Shown: positions 21,370 to 30,172, counted from the first letter of the stretch. The stretch: 64,000 bases of DNA from an uncultured Candidatus Binatia bacterium (GCA_965214605.1 OZ243961.1:2240001-2304000), one strand, 5' to 3'. A program made the numbers and translations. Notes: a model not told the origin generated them from the sequence alone.

Positions 21370-21379
21370 TCAGGTCTCC

Positions 21380-21976
21380 TCACTTTCTCTTGCCGCCGAC
21401 TCTGCCGCTGAACGGCCCAGCAACCTTCAGGCTGTCGTTGACGAGTTGCAGTGGCAGGGCCGGCAGCGGCTTGGGCGCGGGGCCGCCGTGAATCCGCGCC
21501 CGGTCTTTGGGATCAAAGGCTGAGGAATGACACGGACACACAAAATGCTGTCGCTCGGCGTCCCACTCAGAGATGTTGCATCCAGTGTGGGTACACACCC
21601 CGGAGTAGGCCACAATGCCGTCGACCGCGACCTGTTGAGTTTTTGCGCTCAGTTCTTCTTGGGCAAAACGGATCAAAAGAATCTGGTTCAGACGCGATCG
21701 GTCGCGGATGACTCGGGTTTGCGGGTCTCTAGGATAGGCCAGGACCGGGGGGCCGCCGAACGGGATATCAGCCTGGGTGATGAGGCGTCCGGCATTTTCC
21801 CAGAACGGGTAGACCAGCTCATCCCCGGCTTGAGGACGGAGTTTTCTGGGGTCGTCCTCTCTGACGTCGGCAGCCTCGGCAGCAAGCGACAGGCTCACCC
21901 CAGCCGCCCCCAGCAGCGACTTGAGCACCCTTCGCCGGCTCAGACCTCGGACACGCAGACAGTCGCCACAGTTCAT
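21380..21976 (-). CDS. Rieske [2Fe-2S] protein with Tat signal
   Basis: SRRRVLK twin-arginine motif; CTHTGC and CPCHSS boxes; GPAPKPL. Confidence 0.92.
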   Translation of the reverse strand: MNCGDCLRVRGLSRRRVLKSLLGAAGVSLSLAAEAADVREDDPRKLRPQAGDELVYPFWENAGRLITQADIPFGGPPVLAYPRDPQTRVIRDRSRLNQILLIRFAQEELSAKTQQVAVDGIVAYSGVCTHTGCNISEWDAERQHFVCPCHSSAFDPKDRARIHGGPAPKPLPALPLQLVNDSLKVAGPFSGRVGGKRK

Positions 21977-22966
21977 CGTCGGAGACTCCTTTGCATGTGA
22001 ATTTTTCTACTTGTGGGATGGATTGGAGTCAACTGAGGCAGGGAGCGGCGGAGACGGATAATCTGTTGTCTTCGTAGAGGAGTGTGGTTCTTGTGTTTCG
22101 ACCTCATCCGCTATGCTGTGTAGCATTTTGGTATGCCGTACGCTGGATCTTAGTTTTCACACAAGCCAGCCTGAAAGCTTGGGCAAAGCGGAATATCGGC
22201 GCCGAAGATGTCGCGGAGGCCGTGTTGAGTCGATACGGCATGGCCCGGGTTGGTAGGGGCGGCAGAAGCCGCGTTGGGTCGTGATTGCTCCTTAATATGG
22301 CTGGCAGTAGGCTGCTCACCTGCGTGTTCCGCGCAGCCCCCCCCCCCGCGATCTTTCCGCGCAAGGCGTATGCATCCCGACAGGAAGCGGAGTCCCGGAA
22401 AAGCTCGGATCTTTTCGGCAGTCGATACGCTTAACGGTAAGCGCGCGTTTGGCGGACAGAGACGAAATACACGCGGCGGCCGGAGCCGGCAACACGGGAG
22501 GGGAGGTCGGAGAGAGGGCAAGAACAAAACATCGCTTCCCCATTTCGAGAATGACCGGAAAGAGCATGAGTTTTGAGAGCGTCGCAGCGTGGAAGAGTTC
22601 GCTGAGGAATATAGGGCTCCAGATATCGTCCTCCAGCCGGCGCGACCAGATCGCCCTGTGATTGTCAGAAGAAAACCTAGAGACCCTGTGACCTATTGCC
22701 AGGGACAGAGTCATTGATTATACCACCCCGGCCTCAGAGGATCGTCGAAGGGACAGCAGGATCAATTGAGGTGGGCATCTCAACGCGAGGCAAACCGTGT
22801 GAGGAGAGGTTGACATATGGTAGCCTGATCGGAGGAAGTGAGGAGGTCGGATCTTTTTTTACCGAGCTGACTCGTCTTCGGGCCAGCGCCTGTCTTCGCA
22901 ATCGGTCTCATACTCGCATACATCCATCTTGTCCGCGAAGTCTGTTACGGCGCTCAGATCTCCGAA

Positions 22967-22993
22967 CCCGCTCTCAGGCAGGTTGAGAGCGGG
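22967..22993. terminator. 10-bp hairpin upstream of the tRNA promoter
   Basis: CCCGCTCTCA-ggcaggt-TGAGAGCGGG; no clear U-tract. Confidence 0.35.
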
Positions 22994-23013
22994 AGATAAC
23001 CAAGGGGGTCATG

Positions 23014-23043
23014 TTGACAGCAAAAAGCGCCCTGAGATAGAAA
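23014..23043 (+). promoter_or_regulatory. Putative sigma70 promoter of tRNA-Leu
   Basis: TTGACA at 23014, then TAGAAA after 18 nt, about 25 nt before the tRNA. Confidence 0.45.
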
Positions 23044-23069
23044 AGCAGCCGACCGTAAGCTTCCACCGC

Positions 23070-23153
23070 GCCGGGATGGCGGAATTGGCAGACGCAGTGG
23101 ACTCAAAATCCACCGCTGGCGACAGCGTGCGAGTTCGAGTCTCGCTCCCGGCA
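23070..23153 (+). tRNA. tRNA-Leu(CAA)
   Basis: Acceptor GCCGGGA/TCCCGGC+A, D-loop GGAATTGGCAGAC, anticodon arm GTGGA-CTCAAAA-TCCAC, long variable arm, T-arm GCGAG-TTCGAGT-CTCGC. CCA is not encoded. Confidence 0.97.
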
Positions 23154-23331
23154 TTCATCCTTCATCAAGGACTTCTCTGCAGCTTGGCCATGTCTTATTC
23201 CATCAAAATTGTCCGTGTTCTGCCCGTATTGAAACCATGCCGAGCCGGGAAAGGCGACCGGAGGCGCGGCCGTGTGTCTGGGACCGGGGCGCAGACGGTC
23301 AGGGGAGCAGCGGCCAAACTGAGGAGACTCC

Positions 23332-23829
23332 ATGAGCACGCAATATCAACTCCACCGGGGACCGACCAGAGACTTTGCAATGCAAGAGGACGATCTTCGA
23401 GGTCCGGAGATCATCGCGTTGCTGGAACAACATCTTGCTCTCATGTTTTCGATCACGCCACCCGAGAGCGTTCACGCGCTTGACCTAGATGGCTTGAGGA
23501 GGCCAGACGTGACCGTATGGTCGGCGTGGTCTCGCGGTAGGCTGCTCGGCTGCGGTGCGCTTAAGGAGCTAGCTCCGGCGCACGGTGAGATCAAGTCGAT
23601 GCATACAGCTGCAGCATTTCGCGGCCAAGGTGTGGGCGCGACGATCCTGGTGCACATCCTTAATGAAGCGCGGAGGCGCGGCTATTGTCGCGTCAGTCTG
23701 GAAACGGGATCAATGCCAGCCTTCACCGCTGCCCGCTCGTTGTACCGACGCTATGGATTCTCTCCTTGTCCACCGTTCGGCGACTACTCAGACGATCCGA
23801 ACAGCGTCTTCATGACACGTGTGCTCTAG
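23332..23829 (+). CDS. GNAT family N-acetyltransferase (YedL-like)
   Basis: PPESVHALDL, GEIKSMHT, RGQGVG, SLETGS, DPNSVFM; GAGGAG RBS. Confidence 0.92.
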   Translation: MSTQYQLHRGPTRDFAMQEDDLRGPEIIALLEQHLALMFSITPPESVHALDLDGLRRPDVTVWSAWSRGRLLGCGALKELAPAHGEIKSMHTAAAFRGQGVGATILVHILNEARRRGYCRVSLETGSMPAFTAARSLYRRYGFSPCPPFGDYSDDPNSVFMTRVL

Positions 23830-23979
23830 CGAGCGAAATGTCGACAGCACTGCGCCCCTATGACATCTATTGTCGGGCTTCCTGTCTGTATCGCTTTGGG
23901 GCGGTGGTCTGGCAGGGTGCCCCAGCCAACAGCAGAAGATGAACTGTCACGTTTGTAGGTAACGTAATCAGGTATCAAC

Positions 23980-24260
23980 GTGAAATTTGTTTTTCAGACG
24001 ACAGAGCCCGCCACAATCTTCTTGCCAGTGCTCCCCAGGCGGCATTCGACGACTGCGCAACAGCAGTTCTCAAGAATGCCAGGCCGCTCTCACTAGCGCC
24101 AACCAGCCGGCTGGAGCAACGCCATCAGCTTAGTGGTGGCCGGAGCAGTCAGTCCGCCGTCGATCTCGGGCATTTCTACCAGCTGGTTTTTGAACCACAC
24201 TCTAAACCATTCCTGTGTGGGGTGAATGGAGAAGTGGACACGGCCTAGGAATCTCCCTGA
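23980..24260 (+). pseudogene. HigB-type (killer protein) toxin remnant
   Basis: Hand translation: VKFVFQT... then, after a break, LKNARPLSLAPTSRLEQRHQLSGGRSSQSAVDLGHFYQLVFEP. This resembles the HigB pattern ERxHxLxGxRxGQFAVDLxHPxRLVFEP. Confidence 0.6.
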
Positions 24261-24269
24261 CCCTCACTG

Positions 24270-24506
24270 TTGCGCCGGGCAGAAGGCCTTACGAGACTCG
24301 GCATCTCGCAGGCTGAGGTCAGCCGGCGGGGTGACCGTTTCGCAAAGCTCATAAGCGAGCTCATCGCCGGGAAGGCGCTGCTTGAACTGGAGAGCGCTCC
24401 ACAATTCGAGAAAGTCTTCGATGGCGACGCAAGCATCTTGCTCGGCATCAAAACAGATTATCAGCTTCAGCGGCGACCTCGATTTCGGCCTGTACAAGGA
24501 TTATGA
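24270..24506 (+). pseudogene. HigA-type HTH antitoxin remnant
   Basis: GISQAEVSRR...KLISELIAGKA...QFEKVF...ASILLGIKTDYQ follows the HigA XRE-HTH pattern; lies directly after the higB remnant. Confidence 0.65.
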
Positions 24507-24729
24507 ACCTGAAGGCGAAGCAGAGTGCACTTCCTCAACAAGGACACGTAGCCTCCCCGAATCTTCCCCTAAATTCCGCTCATTTCCCTTGATTTCCATC
24601 TATTAGGTGGGCAGTGCCGACTTTCGGCGGAAATCTCGACCCTTGGAACACGGACAATCTCGCGGACAGTCTCGCCTCGTCAAGGAAGGAGGAGTAAAGC
24701 GAGGCGGGCGATGAGGAGCATAAATAGAA

Positions 24730-24760
24730 CTGCCCCCATTTGTTGGCCAAATGGGGGCAG
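24730..24760. repeat. Perfect 13-bp inverted repeat
   Basis: CTGCCCCCATTTG-ttggc-CAAATGGGGGCAG. Confidence 0.75.
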
Positions 24761-24845
24761 CAAATCTGTCACTCCAAAAGCAGTATTCCCCAACCAGCTG
24801 CAACTGGGAGAGGCAATCGCCTCAAAGGGGAGATACTCCCTAGCC

Positions 24846-25156
24846 ATGGAGCAACTCCAGTGCAGCCATCACGCTACCGCACACCGGCTGCTGACCGCTC
24901 TGCACGGCGGCCAGACGCCCGAAGACGGCGTCCCGGCGTGGTCCGAACTCCTGCACGATAGCTGGTGGTATGACAACCGTGAGGACCTGTCTGTATGCCC
25001 ACGTGCAGGCGCTTTCCGATGAGGACCTGAAGACGCTGCACCTGCTCCTGCCGGTCCTAGCCTTCGGTCAACAGACCGGCGAACGCCTGGACACCGAAGC
25101 CAGCCTGTTCAGCACTGTCGCGCAAGACCTGAGTATTCAGAACCCAGGAGGCACCC
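24846..25156 (+). pseudogene. Frameshifted hypothetical gene of a mobile element
   Basis: ATG at 24846 after a GGGGAG RBS; coding-like sequence changes frame near 24985 and runs into the RBS of the next gene. Confidence 0.35.
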
Positions 25157-26079
25157 ATGATGCCACGCTACACGTCCCAACACTGGGGCAAGCCGGATGC
25201 CTACCGCATCCCGGACGACGACCGTTTCCGTATTATCAACTTCTCCGGCGGCCGCAGCAGCGCGTTCATGCTGCGCCGCATCCTTGATGCCCACCACGGC
25301 GCCCCGCCGCCGCGTACCCGCGTCGTATTCACCAACACCGGCAGGGAGCACCGCGAGGAAACCCTGATCTTCGTCAGCCAGGTAGAACGGCGTTGGCGCG
25401 TCCCGATCGTCTGGCTCGAATACGTCCATGACGCCCAGGCCCAGGGCGGTGCCAGGGACCCCAAGCGCACCTACCGCGTCGTCTGCTACGAAACCGCCAG
25501 CCGCCACGGAGAGCCGTTCGCCGCTCTCAACCAGGCGCGCGGCATGCTGCCCACCGCCAGCACGCGAGCCTGCACCGCCGAACTCAAGGTTTCCACCGCC
25601 GACCGCTTCGCCCGCCGCAGCCTCGGATGGCCAAAGAAGCAGACCCGCAACGTGCTCGGCATCCGCTACGACGAACCCTGCCGCTGGCAGGAGGCCCTCT
25701 TGACCCAATGCCGCACGGAAACCCGATGGTCCATGCCCGTGTCTCGAAGGCCGACGTGCAGGACTACTGGCAGCGCCAGGACTTCGACCTCGGCATTCCT
25801 TCCGACCTCGGAAACTGCGACCTCTGTTTCATGAAAGGACACCGCAAGATCATCAACACGCTGCGCTGCGAACCCCATCTTGCCGACTGGTGGATTCACC
25901 AGGAGACCACCGCTTGCAGCCGAAACAGCGGCAAACTGCGCAACCCCTCCGTGGCCCGCTTCTCGAAACGCTGGACGTACCGAGAACTCAGAGACATGGC
26001 CTTGACCAGGCCGATGCTTCCCGGCCTTGACCTCACCGAGACCGAAGTCCAACCCCAACCCTGTCTCTGCACCGACTGA
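25157..26079 (+). pseudogene. PAPS-reductase-like (PP-loop) protein of phage/ICE type, split by one frameshift
   Basis: FSGGRSS PP-loop, FTNTGRE, CTAELK and GIRYDE in ORF 25157-25834; PMVHARVSKADV, GNCDLCFMKG and terminal PCLCTD in ORF 25627-26079. The frame switches near 25720. Confidence 0.8.
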
Positions 26080-26268
26080 ATCACAGGAGACACCATATCC
26101 GGGGCGGTGACCTGCTCGATACCTGCACCGTTACCACCGACGCCGAAATCAGCTTGGCCGAGCTCATCCGCCGTTCCGAATCAATCCAAAGCCGGCAGAA
26201 AATCTTGATCCATCCGAGACAATGATCTACGGTGAAGAACGATTACTACTGATTACAGGAGAAAAACC

Positions 26269-26553
26269 ATGGCCAGCAACACTGGACGTATGAGCCTGTC
26301 CGTTCCAGCGGACAAACAGGCCAAGCTTGATGCCATCGCCGCCAACACCGACCGTTCGCGAAGCTACATTGTCAATGAAGCCATCGACCACTATCTCGCC
26401 CTGTACGAATGGCAGACAAGGCGAATCGAGGAAAGGCTGGAGAGAGCGCAAAGCGGCGATGCCAGCTGGATTGCGCACGATGCGGTCTTTGACAGGCTGG
26501 AAGCAAAGATCAGAGACCGGATTGAACGTGGTCCGTCATTGCGCCAGGGTTGA
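26269..26553 (+). CDS. CopG/RHH family antitoxin
   Basis: MSLSVP..KLDAIA..DRSRSYIVNEAI..YL..YEWQ...IE pattern; AGGAGA RBS; precedes a ParE remnant. Confidence 0.85.
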   Translation: MASNTGRMSLSVPADKQAKLDAIAANTDRSRSYIVNEAIDHYLALYEWQTRRIEERLERAQSGDASWIAHDAVFDRLEAKIRDRIERGPSLRQG

Positions 26554-26742
26554 TCTATACGATCAGGGAGGCAACACGGGTTTTGAGCGAACACCCCAAC
26601 ATCGGCCGCACTGGCCGTGTGGAAGGGACACGGGAGCTTGTCATCTCGGGACTTCCCTATCTCCTATCAGATTGCGGGTCAGGAGATCAGGATTCTGGCC
26701 GTCATGCATACATCGAGAAAATGGCCGGATACTTTTCGGTAA
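26530..26742 (+). pseudogene. RelE/ParE toxin remnant (N-terminal deletion and frameshift)
   Basis: LSEHPNIGRTGRVEGTRELVISGLPYL, then a shifted frame YQIAGQEIRILAVMHTSRKWPDTFR*. Confidence 0.8.
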
Positions 26743-26935
26743 AATCGTCCTCACCCCCTGCCGCGCTTGGGCCAATTCGTAGCTCGCCTGTGAACCCGGC
26801 TCTATCTCAAGGTGGTGCGTCATGCTTTTGATGAACTCCAACTCCTCAAGGCTGTGTAACATGACTTCATAACCGAAACGGTGCGAATTGCCGAACCTGT
26901 TATCAAAGGCCCATGAAAGCTTTGGCGGTTCGCAC

Positions 26936-27568
26936 TCATCTTGAGGCGAGGTCTTGAACGAATTTACGGAGAGCAGCGAACGCCGGGGAGCGAAAATTCC
27001 ACACGCCCTGCAGAGAACCTTCGCCAACTCTGGCTACAGGATCACTCGTTGCGGCAAGGTAGGCGTGAGTGAAAGTCTTGTCTAGAACATTTGACTTCAA
27101 GGCATTGTGGGCTGTCAGACAGCCTATGTACTCATCGACACACCCTGCAGCCTTCTCATTCTGCACGGAACGCCGACAGATGGTCTCAATGGCACCAGGT
27201 TCATTTCCATCGGGTACGATGAATATGCCAATCGACGGTCTGGTGTCCGAAAACTCGGCGTGAGCCGACGGCGGTGTATACCCAGCATGCTCAACGCTGT
27301 CGCAGACGCTCTTAAAGCTATCCGCGGCACTCGTGTCCGCATCCCGCACAATGCCAATTGACAACAGAGGAGGCCGGGAAAGAGCAGCTGTGTATACCGT
27401 CTTCAGATTTTTTCCGAGAGTGGTCTTGCCTCCAATATCCATCACCTGTATCCCTATGTTGGTGAAGCAAGTCTTGATCAATTTTCCAAACAGATGTGAC
27501 TCATCTCGGCCTTCGACCAGCAGGAGCCGTCTCTCCGAAATTTGTATCCTTGAGTCCCTCGTGGGCAT
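26936..27568 (-). CDS. DUF3226-like TOPRIM-fold protein
   Basis: LLVEGRDE, IVRDAD (DxD) and FIVPDG..GAIE motifs; coupled to the ATPase gene by a TAATG overlap. Confidence 0.78.
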   Translation of the reverse strand: MPTRDSRIQISERRLLLVEGRDESHLFGKLIKTCFTNIGIQVMDIGGKTTLGKNLKTVYTAALSRPPLLSIGIVRDADTSAADSFKSVCDSVEHAGYTPPSAHAEFSDTRPSIGIFIVPDGNEPGAIETICRRSVQNEKAAGCVDEYIGCLTAHNALKSNVLDKTFTHAYLAATSDPVARVGEGSLQGVWNFRSPAFAALRKFVQDLASR

Positions 27569-28614
27569 TATCGGACCTCCAGATGAAGGTCACGGGCACC
27601 CTCAAGGGTTTCACCCGTATAGGTCACTGCCTTGATACGTCCTGACTCGTCCGTAAAGAGCTTGTGTATAGACAAATCATTGGGCTCGCACTCAAAAGCC
27701 GTCATTGCTGTCTCGATGCACTCGGCGCTGTGCGTCGTCGCCACGAACTGTACATTCCATTCTCGTATCCCGTCGCGCACGAGGCTCCACAGGTCCCGCA
27801 GCACCGAATAATGCATGCCATTCTCTACCTCATCGATAAGCACTATACCGTCACGGGCGGTGAAAAAGTTCAGATACAGCCTGAGCAGCCGGACCATCCC
27901 GCCTCCAAGGGCTTGGAGGGGTAGTTGTTGTACATTCGCGGATGTATTGGCAGACAGGTAGGACATCCCCGTCTCATCGGTCAGGAGTTCAATGTCCTTG
28001 ATTCTTGGAAGAATCAGACTGAGTGCTTTTGTCAACTCCTGCTTGTACCCTTTTCTAACCATGTCGGAGTAGCGCTGCAGGTACTCATTCGAGGGCACGA
28101 GTTGCCAGCTAGTGCCCTCGATAATGCTATATCGCTTCCCCGCTGGCTTCGGAGGAAAACCGTACAGTACCGCGCCCATTGGCGTGTGATGTATTTTACT
28201 CCTGTTATTGATGCTCTTGTCGTCAATCCATATACGAAGCCTGCCAACGACCGGGACTGAAACTTGTACCGTTTCCTTGACATCATCTCTACTGACCAAC
28301 ACCTGTTCGACCTGTTCGATACGTTCAAATTCAGCTTTCCATTTGCATTCCTTTCCGTTTTCTTTTCCTCGGAGTTCAATAAAACCGTCCGATAATTCCG
28401 AAACTGGATCGATCACTGGATGGTCGGATCGTAGGACGTTTGTGTTCCACAACAACCCCGTGTTGTGTCTTCCTGTGAAGAGCCAAATTGCTTCGATAAG
28501 CGCTGTTTTTCCAATACCGTTTACACCCGTAATCAGGTTCGCGCGGCTCAAATTGTTCAATGACAAGCCACTAATACCACGGTAGCGAATGGCCTCGAAA
28601 CTGCTGATGTTCAT
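27568..28614 (-). CDS. ABC-type AAA ATPase (AAA_15/AAA_21 family)
   Basis: Walker A GVNGIGKT, signature LGGGM, Walker B/D-loop LIDEVENGMH, H-loop ATTHS. Confidence 0.92.
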   Translation of the reverse strand: MNISSFEAIRYRGISGLSLNNLSRANLITGVNGIGKTALIEAIWLFTGRHNTGLLWNTNVLRSDHPVIDPVSELSDGFIELRGKENGKECKWKAEFERIEQVEQVLVSRDDVKETVQVSVPVVGRLRIWIDDKSINNRSKIHHTPMGAVLYGFPPKPAGKRYSIIEGTSWQLVPSNEYLQRYSDMVRKGYKQELTKALSLILPRIKDIELLTDETGMSYLSANTSANVQQLPLQALGGGMVRLLRLYLNFFTARDGIVLIDEVENGMHYSVLRDLWSLVRDGIREWNVQFVATTHSAECIETAMTAFECEPNDLSIHKLFTDESGRIKAVTYTGETLEGARDLHLEVR

Positions 28615-28623
28615 ATCGGCACC

Positions 28624-28858
28624 TCACCTTCCCGCACCGTTGGCGCTCAACCCATCCTTACCAAGACGTTGCAATTGAACCAAGCGCCGTATGTTGTCGG
28701 CGAGATTCTCAAGACCTATCCGTGTCGTCGCCCGTACAAGCCCGATACTGCGAACCAAGAGCCTGCCCTCGGACTTGATCCAGGGTCCCGCCCGTGTCGC
28801 CTCTCTGCGCTGCGAAGCCATGCTCTACACGAGCCCGAAACTGGAATGACTCTTGGCT
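28624..28858 (-). mobile_element. IS5-family transposase C-terminal remnant
   Basis: RARVEHGFAAQ followed (with frameshift) by VRSIGLVRATTRIGLENLADNIRRLV, the typical IS5 C-terminus. Confidence 0.75.
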
Positions 28859-28940
28859 GTCGGGTAAGGGGATGTCATCGCTGACGACCCCTCCCCTAAG
28901 AACCGTGCATGAAAGTTTCCCTTCGCACGGCTCAAGCAAA
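28859..28940 (-). mobile_element. Group II intron 3' end (domains V and VI) remnant
   Basis: Minus strand: GAGCCGTGCGAAGGGAAACTTTCATGCACGGTTC (DV with AGC triad, 28900-28933), then the DVI hairpin ending TTACCCGAC. No RT ORF. Confidence 0.9.
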
Positions 28941-29059
28941 TCAGTCGTAGAGGCGTTGCCTCAGATGCCGCACCCGCTTCCTGTTGTGAGGCCGGCGTTC
29001 TGGCTCCATTTGCAGCCGTTTCCTGCCACATCCAACATCCACCGAAGCCTGTCCTGAAC

Positions 29060-29325
29060 TTGATTCAGGGTCAAAACCGTCAATCTGGCCCAACTCGTCA
29101 CCACCTTCCCAGGTCCCGCCAACATCGACTCGCACGACCTGCGCCGGCAACGCTTCTTCCAACACGTACACCTGCAACCCGCTCGCCTGGCTCAATTCGT
29201 GCTCTCTTTTCTACCCGACACCCCATACACCCTAGCTCTCGACCGAACCCAGTGGATGCTCGGCAGGGTGCCCATCAACTTGCTCGTCCTGTCGGTCGTC
29301 CACGACGACATCGCTTTTCCTCACC
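29060..29325 (+). mobile_element. IS4-family (ISAba1/IS10-like) transposase internal fragment
   Basis: KTVNLAQL...DSHDLRRQRFF...LALDRTQWMLG...INLLVLSVVHDDIAFP. Confidence 0.78.
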
Positions 29326-29379
29326 CGGCCCTAACCTCGGTCTCTAACCACCCGGGGGCTTCGTCAAATGGGCATCTTC

Positions 29380-29680
29380 CGATAATCACCCGGCTGTAGC
29401 TCGTTGATCGCCTCTCGTATGTCGGCGGTAAGTGACTCGACGCGGGCCATGACGTGGATTGCAAGACTAGGATTGCCAGTCGCCGACCGGATAGATTCTG
29501 TTGATGACGAAGCTGTTGGTCCGTGGTAATGAGGAACTCGTAACCACTCGCTTCGGCTCGATCAAGCAGTTCGCCATTGCGCAGATCGGACCAGCCCAGC
29601 TCGAATGCCGTGTCTGCCGAGTGCCCGGCCAAGCTTCGCCGCAGGGGCACAGGCATTCCCTGATTGAACAGGACTTTCAC
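29380..29680 (-). pseudogene. DUF5615/VapC45-like PIN toxin, degenerate
   Basis: VKVLFNQGMPVPLRR...GWSDLRNGELL...LITTDQQLRHQQNL. The first acidic residue appears as N, the C-terminus is disrupted and no DUF433 partner is present. Confidence 0.72.
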
Positions 29681-29719
29681 GAGGAAGCGGTATCGGCCAG
29701 CGAACTCGTCGCATGGTCG

Positions 29720-29916
29720 AGGCGCCACGGCTTCCGCGCTCGGCCCGAAACTGGTCACGTCCACAAAGCAAACGTCCTCTTTCACCTCGCCCCCCTGGCG
29801 GTACCGGCATTGCTCGCCAGTCCAAAAGAAGCCACGGCCACGCCCTTCGGCGTATAGCGCAACTCAGGATCACGAGTGAGATTGCCAGCCATCACAATGA
29901 CGTTTGTGTCCGACAT
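29720..29916 (-). pseudogene. ssb: Single-stranded DNA-binding protein remnant
   Basis: Hand translation: [36 protein letters not shown] / frameshift / [25 protein letters not shown], then truncated. Confidence 0.88.
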
Positions 29917-30172
29917 GGTAGTTCTTCTTCAGCTTTTGGGCGCACGGGTGGCACCGATGGATTGGCCGCGGGATGCAGCCCAGGAGTTGCCCGGTCAAGA
30001 GCAACGCGCCCTTCTGCGGATTGAACGGCCACGGGATGCAGCCGATGAGTTGACCGCGTGGAGCAGTCGAGGTGCCGTCAGGCGAGTCTTTCAGTGCGGT
30101 GAGGCAGATCTTTCGGTGCCGTTAGGCGAGCGCACTACTGCGTATTTCGGATGGCCGCGAAACATCACGACC

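Noticed and set aside
22000-22020. AATTTTTCTACTTGTGGGAT, resembling a Cas12a repeat
   Set aside because: Single copy, imperfect stem, no array or cas gene.
23131-23153. Direct repeat (attR) of the tRNA-Leu 3' end
   Set aside because: No second copy was found in the window by eye, so the island's right boundary cannot be fixed.
25710-25730. Programmed -1 frameshift in the PAPS-reductase-like gene
   Set aside because: CGGAAAC is not a canonical X-XXY-YYZ slippery site; a simple deletion fits the decayed context better.
29053-29069. Short palindrome CCTGAA-cttga-TTCAGG (REP-like)
   Set aside because: Only a 6-bp stem, single copy, and it overlaps the IS4 fragment junction.
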